Assembly (NCBI GenBank): GCA_017656185.1
Contig: JACDOK010000002.1
Span: 8,768 to 72,767 of the forward strand
Source of the DNA: Peptococcaceae bacterium
GTDB lineage: Bacteria > Bacillota > Desulfotomaculia > Desulfotomaculales > JACDOK01
Direction: 5' to 3'
DNA length: 64,000 bases
Under the pieces are notes generated by a model, which did no database searches, was not told the origin of the DNA, and saw only the letters and a program-made list of their open reading frames with translations. Made by a program: the position numbers and the translations under genes. Shown in pieces: positions 44,813 through 54,470 of this stretch; positions within the stretch are counted from its first letter, which is position 1, and every line of letters starts with the position of its first letter.

Positions 44813-45970
44813 GTGATCGAATACCCTTCCGAATACAACGATATTAAACATCTATTTTTATTTCCAACAGAATACGAACAGATGCAAAGAAATAACAAAA
44901 GGATTTTATTGTTAAATCGTATAAAGAACACGATTCACTTATCAAATACCGTTATTATTTATCCTCCGACCATTGATTGGCACTTTATGAGGCAAAGACC
45001 CCAACAATTAATGCAGCAATTTGCGTTACACGGGCACGAAGTATATTACTGCAACAAATTTCAAGCTAAAGATCAAATTTTTACCCAGATACAACCTAAC
45101 CTGACCATAGTACACGATAACAAAGCGTTTATCAGGCAAACCATTCCCCACCTGAAAAAGCAGGGCAAAAAGATTTTGGTATGGGTTTCGTGGTCCAAGC
45201 TGCATCTTTTTGTGGATCAATACGCACCGGATTTTGTCGTATATGATTATGTAGACGATTTTCCTGATTGGAGTCCCTATCTTGATAAAATGATTAATCG
45301 CGCCGATGTGATTATAACTACGGCTTCCGTACTTAAAAAACAAATCGAACAAACCTTTCCTGATAAACCCTGCTACTTAATTCCTAATGGATGCGATATT
45401 CGCCACTTTCAAAAATACGAGGATCATCCTCCGGCCAAACCTATCGAATACCAAAAACACAAGGGACCCATTATCAGTTATGTTGGCGCATGGGCGCACT
45501 GGGTCGACCAGGATTTAGTCAAAAAAGTAGCCCGCTCTTTTCCCGAGGCGTTAATTTCTATCATTGGGGTGGAATTTGGAGCTGCTGTTGATAAATCCAT
45601 ACCTAATCTTATATATGTCGGTTATAAACCCTATGAATTCTTGCCGGTCTATCTTTATCACTGTGATGTTTGTATCATCCCTTTCAAAATCAACCAAATC
45701 ACATTGGCTACAAACCCCATTAAAATGTATGAAGCATTAGCAGCAGGAAAACCCGTCGTCGCCACCAACCTGCCGGAGGCCAGAAATATTCCTAACGTGT
45801 ATATTGGGAAAGACCATAACACATTTATTGCACACATCGACAGAATACTATCTTCACAAGTTTTTTTCAATAAAAGAATGGTCAACAACTGGTTATCATC
45901 TCATACCTGGGAAAGCCGCTATCAAAGGATTGTTAACATATTGAAATACGAGTTTGATGGTTTTAAATAA
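44813..45970 (+). CDS. GT-B fold glycosyltransferase (TuaH-like)
   Basis: The motifs are MRQRPQQLMQQFALHGHEVYY, ISYVGAWAHWVDQDL and TNPIKMYEALAAGKPVVAT. The start is GTG after AAAGGAG. Confidence 0.7.
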   Translation: MIEYPSEYNDIKHLFLFPTEYEQMQRNNKRILLLNRIKNTIHLSNTVIIYPPTIDWHFMRQRPQQLMQQFALHGHEVYYCNKFQAKDQIFTQIQPNLTIVHDNKAFIRQTIPHLKKQGKKILVWVSWSKLHLFVDQYAPDFVVYDYVDDFPDWSPYLDKMINRADVIITTASVLKKQIEQTFPDKPCYLIPNGCDIRHFQKYEDHPPAKPIEYQKHKGPIISYVGAWAHWVDQDLVKKVARSFPEALISIIGVEFGAAVDKSIPNLIYVGYKPYEFLPVYLYHCDVCIIPFKINQITLATNPIKMYEALAAGKPVVATNLPEARNIPNVYIGKDHNTFIAHIDRILSSQVFFNKRMVNNWLSSHTWESRYQRIVNILKYEFDGFK

Positions 45971-45990
45971 AAGTTATTCAAGGCATGTAA

Positions 45991-46021
45991 GAAGCTCCCA
46001 TCGTTTAGATATGGGAGCTTC
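45991..46021. terminator. bidirectional terminator hairpin
   Basis: An 11-bp stem GAAGCTCCCAT/ATGGGAGCTTC lies between convergent genes. Confidence 0.7.
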
Positions 46022-46046
46022 CACCATGCTTACATTCATTCACCTG

Positions 46047-46592
46047 CTAGCCCTGCCCCTGGAACCACACGGTAACAACTGAATCGCGTCCCGGCACCTT
46101 GTTCCGGAACTTGATGCGGGCGTAACGCAGGAAAAACTGGAGGACGAACAGGTGCCTTCCCCCGGGTTCGATCACATGTTCCGATTCACCGAAGGAACCC
46201 CAGGTGATTCCGTCCGGACTTAGCTCTGGCTGGACCACCACAGGGTTAGGACCATCATTGAGGACCAGGAACGAAAAAGTCCTGATTCGGGAAATATCAG
46301 TGGTTTTGCTATAGCGTTCCTGGTCTCCGGTAACCAGGTTGCGTTCCACGATACTCGTAAAACAGGGTTTATGGTGCCACCAGAGGCATAAGCCGCCGCA
46401 GGACATAACGATAAGAAAAACGCTCAGTGTCCACCACAAATACGGCGGGTAATACAGGAAAAGGTTGTTAACATCATCCCGTACGGTGTTAGATTCCTCC
46501 CTTACAGGCGGCATAACGCTGAGTTTCCGCCTGGCGGATGCCGTGGTACTGGTTCTATGCCTAACAGACGGTACGGCACTAGATTCCCGCAT
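46047..46592 (-). CDS. membrane-anchored protein with C-terminal 'SPDG..W / FLRYAR / FQGQG' domain (uncharacterised)
   Basis: One TM helix (LWWTLSVFLIVMSCGGLCLWW) is followed by a domain alignable to the C-terminus of the next gene (SPDGITW..., FFLRYARIKF..., VWFQGQG-stop). Confidence 0.65.
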   Translation of the reverse strand: MRESSAVPSVRHRTSTTASARRKLSVMPPVREESNTVRDDVNNLFLYYPPYLWWTLSVFLIVMSCGGLCLWWHHKPCFTSIVERNLVTGDQERYSKTTDISRIRTFSFLVLNDGPNPVVVQPELSPDGITWGSFGESEHVIEPGGRHLFVLQFFLRYARIKFRNKVPGRDSVVTVWFQGQG

Positions 46593-46681
46593 TACAGACT
46601 TTCCCTCCTTGCCACAGATACAAATGATGTTGCCCTGGAAGAAGGGAGACCGCGGAGAGAAGGCCGCGGTCTCCCCCGATC

Positions 46682-47452
46682 TTAGCCCTGGCCCTGGAAG
46701 AAAATGTTCAGGGTAACGGGGCTGTTAGAGTCAACGGCGGCGTAGTACACCCGGGCGTATTTCAGAAAGATGGAAGCTACCAGGGTATCGACGTCCCCGG
46801 TTTGCAAGGTGATCGGGCCGACATGGTCGATCCAGTTAGTGCCGTCCGGGCTGATCTGCAGCTTGACTGTTGCAGGCGCAATGGTTGTGGATGCGTTGAC
46901 AATGCCGAAGGTATAACTGCTTTGCTGCAGGACGTTATAAGTGGTGTCGGGAGCCCCTGCAGTATCCGAAAAATTTCCTACCGTTGTCGATACGTCGGTG
47001 GTGGCCAAACTCCGCTCCACTGCCAGGCCGGTGCTGGTGATCAGAATACCGCTGCTTGGCGGGGTGATTGACAGGCCTTCCGCAGGCGCTGTCACCATCA
47101 GCCCGTTGGCCGGAGCGGTGACAGACAGTCCAGTGCTGGTAATGTTCAGACCGCTGGCCGGTGGGGTGATTGACAGACCTTCTGCAGGCGCTGTCACCAT
47201 CAGCCCGTTGGCTGGAGCGGTAACAGATAGTCCGGTGCTGGTAATGTTCAGACCGCTGGCCGGCGGGGTGATTGACAGGCCTTCTGCAGGCGCTGTCACC
47301 ATCAGCCCGTTGGCCGGAGCGGTGACAGACAGTCCGGTGCTGGTAATGCCCATGTTACCTGTTGAGTCGGTGTTCAGAGCCACATCCTGGCTCCCGTAGA
47401 TTTTTATACGCGCCTGATCTGGCGTATCTTGAAAGATTTTAAAGTTTGGCAT
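46682..47452 (-). CDS. Thr/Ser/Pro-rich repeat protein with C-terminal 'SPDG..W / FLKYAR / FQGQG' domain (uncharacterised, candidate glycoprotein)
   Basis: It has three 34-aa repeats TSTGLSVTAPANGLMVTAPAEGLSITPPASGLNI, built from 9-aa xGLx(V/I)TxPA sub-repeats. It then has a globular domain ending in NIFFQGQG. Confidence 0.7.
   Translation of the reverse strand: MPNFKIFQDTPDQARIKIYGSQDVALNTDSTGNMGITSTGLSVTAPANGLMVTAPAEGLSITPPASGLNITSTGLSVTAPANGLMVTAPAEGLSITPPASGLNITSTGLSVTAPANGLMVTAPAEGLSITPPSSGILITSTGLAVERSLATTDVSTTVGNFSDTAGAPDTTYNVLQQSSYTFGIVNASTTIAPATVKLQISPDGTNWIDHVGPITLQTGDVDTLVASIFLKYARVYYAAVDSNSPVTLNIFFQGQG
47040..47347. repeat. three tandem 102-bp coding repeats
   Basis: The period is 102 bp; for example GGGGTGATTGACAG occurs at 47061, 47163 and 47265. 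Copies differ at about 7 of 102 nt, yet the first two encoded copies are identical. Confidence 0.9.
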
Positions 47453-47577
47453 AAGAATTCTCCCCTTCCCTTATGGAAGTAATTTACAATTCTTCTGCAT
47501 AATATTTGTTCAAAAGGTAGAACGTTACAGTTTTAGTGCATATATTAACCAAAAAAATCGTTTAGGTTGAGGGAATT

Positions 47578-49557
47578 ATGAATACTAAAATCAGCTTGTG
47601 CATGATTGTAAAGGATGAAGAGCAAAACATACGCCGGTGCCTGTCAAGCGTGGCCGGGGCCGTGGACGAAATCATTGTCGTCGACACAGGTTCCACCGAC
47701 AGCACTCCACAAATAGCCCGCGAATTTGGCGCCCTAGTGCACTCGTTCCCGTGGAACGACAACTTCAGTGACGCCCGGAACGCCTCGCTGGAACTGGCAA
47801 CCGGAGATTGGATTCTGTTTCTTGATGCCGATGAAGAACTGGCCAAAGAAAGCCGGGATGTTCTACGCGCCCTGACGGCCGACGATACGGTAGAAGGCTA
47901 TTTTGTCAAGATCATTAACTACCTCGGTAACGAAGGATGGATCGAAGCCTGCCCGGACCTGGTCTTTCGCCTTTTTAGGAACCGGCCGGACTACCGGTTT
48001 CATGGAGCCGTTCACGAGCAGATCGTGGATGTCATCTTAGAAAGAAACAACCAGGCCAGGTACCAGATTGCCGATAACCTGGTCATCAACCACTACGGTT
48101 ACCTGAACCAGCAGATCGCAGCCAAGGATAAGAAAAACCGTAACCTGGCCCTGCTCCAAAGAGAATTGGCCAAGGATCCGGACAATCGCCTGCTGCGCTA
48201 TCACTACGGGGTAGAACTCTACCGGGCGGAAAGGTACGAAGAAGCCGCCGAGGAATTAACCAAAGCAGCCAACGGCATCGATCCCCAAACGATCTACCTG
48301 CCCAAGCTGTTGCGCTATATCGTCCTGGCTTACCACGCCGCCGGCAGACCCGAACAGGCTTTAGAAATTATCCAACAAGGGCTAAGCCTTTTTCCCAACT
48401 ACGCCGACCTCTATTACTACGGAGGGGTGATTAGCTATGAACAGAGAGACTATGCCCGGGCCTACGAGTTCTTTCAAAGAGCCCTTGAGATGCCCGAACA
48501 GCCAGCCTATTACGCCCCTTTCAGCGGGATAAGGGGCTTCCGTTCCTATTACCAGCTGGGACGGTTGGCCGAAATTTTCTTAAACTATGAAGAAGCTCTG
48601 CGTTACTACATCGCAGGTCTGCGGGATAACCCGTCTTTTACCCCCGCCCTCGAAAGCATCACCCGCATTTTGGAGCCGCAAGTCGACCCACAATATGCCA
48701 AGGAATGCCTCGAAAAGGTTTGCGACTTCTGCACCCCTCAAGCCAACCTCTTGGTGGGGCAGATCCTGTTCCGGCAGTCCGCCTATCAGCTGGCCCTGGT
48801 ATACCTGGAACGGGGTATGGAACAGCAGGAAAACATACCGGCGGAACTCTTGCTCTGGAAAGCAATCTGCCTGATGCAGCAGGAACGGTTCCTGGAAGCC
48901 CTTCGTATCTTAAATGAATTTGGTATAGATCATCCGTTGTATCCTTTAGCTAAACTGAACGAGCTTTTCTGCTTCTGGCTGCAGGGCAACCACCGCAAGG
49001 TCCAATCTCTCGCCGACGACCTGTTCGCCCTCGGGCTTTCTATTGATACCGGTGCCGTTGTCGGCCTGTTAAGAGATTCCCTAAGCAGCCATAAAGCCCC
49101 CGGGATCCACCTGGGCCAAGAGGGTATGCTGCTGTTCCTCGACCTCTTGGGGCGGACACTTGACCTGCAGGAAAAGAAGCGCGCCGATTCACTATTAGAA
49201 GGACTGAACCAGGAATGTCTGAACCAGAACGCCAAAAAAATCGGCCAGCTATTTTACCGTTACCGTTACCGGGAAGCAGCGGAACATTACCTGCATATTC
49301 ATCTTGCCGGCAGCCCAGAATGTGCCGAAGCTCATTTTTTATTAGGTGAAATTAAAGAACAGGAGGGCAACTACACAAAAGCCGGGGAACATTACCGGCA
49401 GGCCCAGACATTGAACCCGGGGGAACCACGCTATTATGTCAAGCTTGTCAGGCTGTACCAGAATATGCGCCGCGCAATATTGGAGGAAGCAATCCAAAGA
49501 TACCCCGAGGTGCGCGTCTTCCGCGAGCTTCTAAAGGAGGCCCCGGCTGAGACATGA
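47578..49557 (+). CDS. GT2-TPR glycosyltransferase, paralog 3
   Basis: The GT2 core is SLCMIVKDEEQNIRRCL...VVDTGSTDSTPQIA...WNDNFSDARN...WILFLDADEEL, followed by FRNRPDYRFHGAVHEQ, NHYGY and clear TPRs. Confidence 0.87.
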   Translation: MNTKISLCMIVKDEEQNIRRCLSSVAGAVDEIIVVDTGSTDSTPQIAREFGALVHSFPWNDNFSDARNASLELATGDWILFLDADEELAKESRDVLRALTADDTVEGYFVKIINYLGNEGWIEACPDLVFRLFRNRPDYRFHGAVHEQIVDVILERNNQARYQIADNLVINHYGYLNQQIAAKDKKNRNLALLQRELAKDPDNRLLRYHYGVELYRAERYEEAAEELTKAANGIDPQTIYLPKLLRYIVLAYHAAGRPEQALEIIQQGLSLFPNYADLYYYGGVISYEQRDYARAYEFFQRALEMPEQPAYYAPFSGIRGFRSYYQLGRLAEIFLNYEEALRYYIAGLRDNPSFTPALESITRILEPQVDPQYAKECLEKVCDFCTPQANLLVGQILFRQSAYQLALVYLERGMEQQENIPAELLLWKAICLMQQERFLEALRILNEFGIDHPLYPLAKLNELFCFWLQGNHRKVQSLADDLFALGLSIDTGAVVGLLRDSLSSHKAPGIHLGQEGMLLFLDLLGRTLDLQEKKRADSLLEGLNQECLNQNAKKIGQLFYRYRYREAAEHYLHIHLAGSPECAEAHFLLGEIKEQEGNYTKAGEHYRQAQTLNPGEPRYYVKLVRLYQNMRRAILEEAIQRYPEVRVFRELLKEAPAET

Positions 49558-51329
49558 AACACAGTGTAGGTTTGGCAATGATTGTGCGCAATGAAGAGGC
49601 AAACCTGGTAAGATGCCTGGACAGCGTCAAGGACACGGTTGATGAAATCGTAATTGTGGACACCGGGTCGACCGACCGCACGTTGGAAATCGCCCGCCGC
49701 TACACCGCAAAGGTTTACCAGTACCCGTGGGACGGTGATTTTAGCGCTGCCCGCAACTACGCCATTGCCCAATGCAGCAGCCGGTGGATCTTGTCCCTGG
49801 ACGCCGATGAAGAACTTGATACCACGTCCGGTGACCTGCGCGAACTGGTAGCTAGTAGTGGAGAATACGAGGCCTTTTTCTTGCCGATCTACAACCAAAC
49901 GGATGAATTTCCCGACGCCTACACCCGGTTTCTCGTCCTACGGCTGTTTCGCAATACGCCTGCCTACCGTTTTAAGGGGCGCATTCATGAACAAGTAGTT
50001 ATCAACCGCCCGGAAGTGGTAGGTATTGCCGGGACCCCGGTGATTGTGCACCGGTTGGTATCCGTGAAAGAACGCAACCGCAAACGTAACCGCAACCTTG
50101 CCTTACTGCGGCAGGCAGCAGCAGAGGATCCCGCCAACCCCTTTTTGCAGTACTATCTTGGGGTAGAGTGGCTGGGCCTGGGGAAAGTTAAACAGGCCCT
50201 ACCGTACTTTCAACAGGCCGCCGAACAACTTACGGATGGACACATTCTTTTCCGGGCCCCGGCCGTCCGCTATCTAATCCACTGTTTAAAAACTCTGGGG
50301 AAACCGGACGAAGCCATTTGTGTTTGTATGGAGGAAAGTTCCCGCTATCCATTCTATACGGACCTGTTCTTTGATGGAGGCGTCCTTTTTGAGCAAAAAG
50401 GGGAGTACGAGGTAGCCATTAAATGGTTCCAGGAAGCCCTCAAATGCGGCTCACCGCCGCCAATGTTCAGTCACACCAACGGCACAGAAAGCTTCCTGTC
50501 GCTGTACCATCTGGGTTACTGCTGCGAGAAACTGGGACAGCAGCGGCAGGCCCGGCACTATTACGAGCAGGCCTTTGCATCCAACCCGGACTATGTCTAT
50601 CCGCTTTACAATCTATTCCTGACATATCTGACTGAAACAGGACCGCTGGGCACATTTGATTATTTAAAAGCCGCCGGATACCTCAGCCATCCTCAAGGGA
50701 TTAAAGTACTGGGCATCTTGTTCTTTGAAGCAGGTTTCCCGGACCTGGCATGTGCCTGTTTCCAAGCTCCTGTGTCACCTGCCGGCGATCCAACCAGTGA
50801 CTGCGCCCACATTTTCGCCCGGAGCCTGACATATGGGGGAAGACCCGGCGAGGCAATCCCGTTCATTAACAGTATCCGGCGCACATCTGGGGAAATAGAC
50901 CTTGATCTGGCTGTTGACGAGGTTATCGCCCTCATCCTCAGCAACGATTACGATACGGCTAGGGCAAGGGCGCTGTCACTGTGGCACAAACCGGAAGAGC
51001 GCAGCACAGCCTGGGCTTTATTGAATTTGATCTCGTTATCATCTAATGATCGCTGGTGTGGAAAACCGGAAAAAACGCGTGAACCTGTGGTCATTCAAAC
51101 AACCCTGACCATAATTGAGAAATGTTTGCGTTACCGCCCCCAACATCCTAACACAGCAAGCCATGCGAATGACCGATATAGCAAGCTGATAACAAAGGCA
51201 ATAAAGTTCTTAACCGAACTTTCACCCCGGGGCTGCCTGGCCCTGTCGTCTTATCTGCAGGAGAAGGCCAACGCCGTTTGGCAAATGATGGACCGCAAAT
51301 ACCGGCCTGCCGGGAGGCTCTGCCGGTGA
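49554..51329 (+). CDS. GT2-TPR glycosyltransferase, paralog 4
   Basis: It has the same core (GLAMIVRNEEANLVRCL...IVDTGSTDRT...LSLDADEEL). The start overlaps the upstream stop as ATGA. Confidence 0.87.
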   Translation: MKHSVGLAMIVRNEEANLVRCLDSVKDTVDEIVIVDTGSTDRTLEIARRYTAKVYQYPWDGDFSAARNYAIAQCSSRWILSLDADEELDTTSGDLRELVASSGEYEAFFLPIYNQTDEFPDAYTRFLVLRLFRNTPAYRFKGRIHEQVVINRPEVVGIAGTPVIVHRLVSVKERNRKRNRNLALLRQAAAEDPANPFLQYYLGVEWLGLGKVKQALPYFQQAAEQLTDGHILFRAPAVRYLIHCLKTLGKPDEAICVCMEESSRYPFYTDLFFDGGVLFEQKGEYEVAIKWFQEALKCGSPPPMFSHTNGTESFLSLYHLGYCCEKLGQQRQARHYYEQAFASNPDYVYPLYNLFLTYLTETGPLGTFDYLKAAGYLSHPQGIKVLGILFFEAGFPDLACACFQAPVSPAGDPTSDCAHIFARSLTYGGRPGEAIPFINSIRRTSGEIDLDLAVDEVIALILSNDYDTARARALSLWHKPEERSTAWALLNLISLSSNDRWCGKPEKTREPVVIQTTLTIIEKCLRYRPQHPNTASHANDRYSKLITKAIKFLTELSPRGCLALSSYLQEKANAVWQMMDRKYRPAGRLCR

Positions 51330-52819
51330 ATATTGGAGCACCGGTAAGCCTGTGCATGATTGTAAAAAATGAAGCACATTGTATCACCTCATGCATCGAG
51401 AGTGCCCGGCACTTGGTACAGGAAATAATCGTAGTCGATACGGGTTCGACCGACGCCACACCGGAAATAGCGGCCCGGTACGGAGCCAAAATTTTTACCT
51501 TTCCCTGGCGTGACGACTTTGCGGCGGCTCGGAACTATTCCCTGGCCCAAGCTACAGGGGATTGGATCCTGGTGCTGGATGCCGATGAAATCCTAGGGCC
51601 GGTAAAAGCGGAGGAATTTGGAAGTCTTCTCGCCGCATCGGAGGTAGAGGGGTACTTTGTAAACATCCATAGCTACCTAGACAACGGTCAAGGGGTGGCC
51701 AAAGACCAAGTGGTACGGTTATTCAGGAATAAGCCGGCCTACCGTTTTGAGGGTGCCATTCACGAACAGGTAGCCGGAGCCATTAAAAGACACAATAATG
51801 GGGAAGGCCTGGTGGTCTCGGATTTGGTCATCCACCACTTCGGTTATCTTAACCAGCCGGTACAGGCCAAAAACAAGCGCCAGCGTAACATTTCCGTCAT
51901 CAAGAAGGCCTTGGCCGAGAAGCCTGACGATCCCTTTCTTTTATACAGCCTAGGTATCGAGTACTTCCAGTGTGATAAGGTCGCGGAAGGAATTGGGCCA
52001 CTGGGAAAGGCGCTGGCCTTAATGCACGGGGGCGAGGGTTATTTCCGCGATGTGCTGCTCGCCCTGGGGCTGGGACTTTTACGAACCGGTCAAACAGACA
52101 GGTTGATGCTTCTGCTCGACAAGGCCCTGCATATGCTGCCTGATGATCCTGAACTACATCTGCTTAAAGGTATTTTGGCGCTGCGCGATAGCCGGCACGC
52201 AACGGCAGCACGGGAATTGCAGTATGCCCTGACCGGGGGCAGCCAGGTTCTACCGCCTCACCACATCCACACGCTGCTGGGGGACGCCTACAACACCATG
52301 GGCCGGTACGGGGATGCGGAAAATGAGTATTTCGAGGCCCTCCGCCTTGCCCCGCACGTGCTTTACCCCCTGACACAGATTTGTGGCTTAATACAGCGGA
52401 ACAACAGCAGGTTCGGATGGCTTGAATTAAGCCGGTTCGATTCCTTGTCAAGTAAGAAGGTCCTGCGGGAAAAACTGGTTAAACTCGGGGAATCACCCCT
52501 GGCGCTGGTGCTGGCTCTGCTGGTAGTTGTCGAGGCGGTGGCTGCCGGGGACAGCGGGGAATTAGCCACAGCCTGCCGGGAATACCATCTTACCGTAAAG
52601 CACTGCACCGAGACCCGTTCCGTGCAGGGACTGTTCGGTGATTACCTGCTTGCCGTCAGCGATGAGATGCTCTGGTACGTCGAAGCAGCGCACCAGGGTC
52701 TTTCGTGCGGACTGTTTTCCGCGGTGCAGGGAATTGCAGAACTGGCCTCGGCCACCCTGGAACTGGTGGTCAAAGGGCTGTGCCCGCCTTGGTCACCCAC
52801 CCTAAATTTGAGGTTATGA
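51325..52819 (+). CDS. GT2-TPR glycosyltransferase, paralog 5
   Basis: It has the same core (SLCMIVKNEAHCITSCI...VVDTGSTDATPEIA...LVLDADEIL). I place the start at GTG 51325, overlapping the upstream stop as GTGA. The track ORF starts at 51278. Confidence 0.85.
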
Positions 52820-54411
52820 AAGGACTGTTCGCCATGACAAGGGTACTCATTGCGAGTCCGGTCCGACAAAAGTCGTCTATACTAAAGGAATTCCTGTGGT
52901 CCCTTGATCAGATGGAAACAACGGGATTAACGGTGGAATATGCCTTTATAGATGACCACGATGAGCCCAGTGACCTGCTGCAGCAGTTTGCCGTCGGAAA
53001 AGATAACGTACACATCTTCCGGGGTGAAGGAAAGGATATTTACCACTGCGATGAAAACCAGCATCACTGGCGGCAGGATTTAATCTGGAAAGTAGCCCGT
53101 TACAAAGACCGGTTTATTCAAATGGCAAAAGATAAGAGTTTCGACTATTTATTCCTCGTGGACTCGGACCTGGTTCTCCACCCCAAAACACTGGTACATT
53201 TAGTCGGACTCCGCAAAGATATCGTTTCGGAAGTTTTCTGGACCAGGTGGAAACCCGACCTTCCCCCGCTGCCCAATGTTTGGGTCGCCGGCCATTACCG
53301 CCTGTATCATATGAAACAGGGTGAGGTGCTGGACGAACAGACCATCGAGCGGCGGGTAAAAGCGTTCCTGACCATGTTGAAGCAGCCGGGAACCTATAAG
53401 GTAGGCGGTCTTGGAGCATGCACTTTGATTAGCCGCAGGGCCATATCGATGGGAATATCTTTCTGTGAAATATACAACCTGGATCTTGTCGGCGAAGACC
53501 GGCACTTTTGCGTGCGGGCAGCCGCGCTCGGTTTAGAACTATTTGCCGATACTCATTACCCACCCTACCATATTTACCGGGAGTCGGAATTATCCGGTCT
53601 TAAAGATTATAAGGAACGCGTTTTCCGCACCTTTACCGAAAACAATCTTTCACCCGGCGCAATCTCCCGTACCCCTGGGGAATCCGGAAAATCCCCGCCA
53701 AGAAAAAAGAGCGGCAGTATTACCCTGGCCATGCTGGTAAGAAACGAAGCAGGCCGCTATCTTGAGAGGGTTCTCAAACACGCGGCCCAGTACATAGACC
53801 GGGCCGTCATTCTCGACGACGCGAGCGACGACAATACGGTAGAAATATGCCGGGACACCCTGCAGGGTATCCCCTTAACCCTCGTTTCTAACGCCAAACC
53901 TTCTTTCCATAATGAAGTCGTCCTGCGTAAACAGCTGTGGAACCTGGCAACCGGAGTGAACCCCGATTGGATATTAATCCTGGATGCCGATGAAATGTTT
54001 GAGGACCGGGCGGTAACGGAACTCCGTTTACTCGCTGCCAATCCCGAGGTTGACGTTTACACTTTTCGCCTTTACGATATGTGGGATGAAAATCATTACC
54101 GTGAAGATGAGTACTGGCGGGCACATCACTTTTACCGCCCGTTTATGGTCCGGTACATTCCCGGTTTCCACTATGTGTGGTATGAAACTCCCCTGCACTG
54201 CGGGCGTTTCCCCAAAAACATCACAGAACTTAAAACAGTGCGGAATTCCCTGCGGGTAAAACATCTCGGCTGGATGAAACCCGCCGATCGCCTTGCCAAA
54301 TACTACCGTTACATGAAACTGGACCCTTTAGGGCGGTACGGAATAATGGCACAATATCTCTCCATTCTCGACCCTAAACCTAATCTGGTGGCCTGGCACA
54401 AACAGCAATGA
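52816..54411 (+). CDS. two-domain GT-A glycosyltransferase (divergent N-terminal GT-A plus C-terminal GT2 core)
   Basis: The N-terminal half has VLIASPVRQKS...YLFLVDSDL, an Anp1/GT-A-like DxD. The C-terminal half has LAMLVRNEAGRYLERVL...ILDDASDDNT...LILDADEMF. The start ATG 52816 overlaps the upstream stop as ATGA. Confidence 0.8.
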   Translation: MKGLFAMTRVLIASPVRQKSSILKEFLWSLDQMETTGLTVEYAFIDDHDEPSDLLQQFAVGKDNVHIFRGEGKDIYHCDENQHHWRQDLIWKVARYKDRFIQMAKDKSFDYLFLVDSDLVLHPKTLVHLVGLRKDIVSEVFWTRWKPDLPPLPNVWVAGHYRLYHMKQGEVLDEQTIERRVKAFLTMLKQPGTYKVGGLGACTLISRRAISMGISFCEIYNLDLVGEDRHFCVRAAALGLELFADTHYPPYHIYRESELSGLKDYKERVFRTFTENNLSPGAISRTPGESGKSPPRKKSGSITLAMLVRNEAGRYLERVLKHAAQYIDRAVILDDASDDNTVEICRDTLQGIPLTLVSNAKPSFHNEVVLRKQLWNLATGVNPDWILILDADEMFEDRAVTELRLLAANPEVDVYTFRLYDMWDENHYREDEYWRAHHFYRPFMVRYIPGFHYVWYETPLHCGRFPKNITELKTVRNSLRVKHLGWMKPADRLAKYYRYMKLDPLGRYGIMAQYLSILDPKPNLVAWHKQQ

Positions 54412-54416
54412 CTTAG

Positions 54417-54458
54417 AAAGAGTGAAGCTCCATCCTCAGGATGGAGCTTCACTCTTTC
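54417..54458. terminator. bidirectional terminator, 19-bp perfect hairpin
   Basis: AAAGAGTGAAGCTCCATCC-TCAG-GGATGGAGCTTCACTCTTT is followed by CGTTTTT. It lies between convergent genes. Confidence 0.85.
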
Positions 54459-54470
54459 GTTTTTCCCGGC

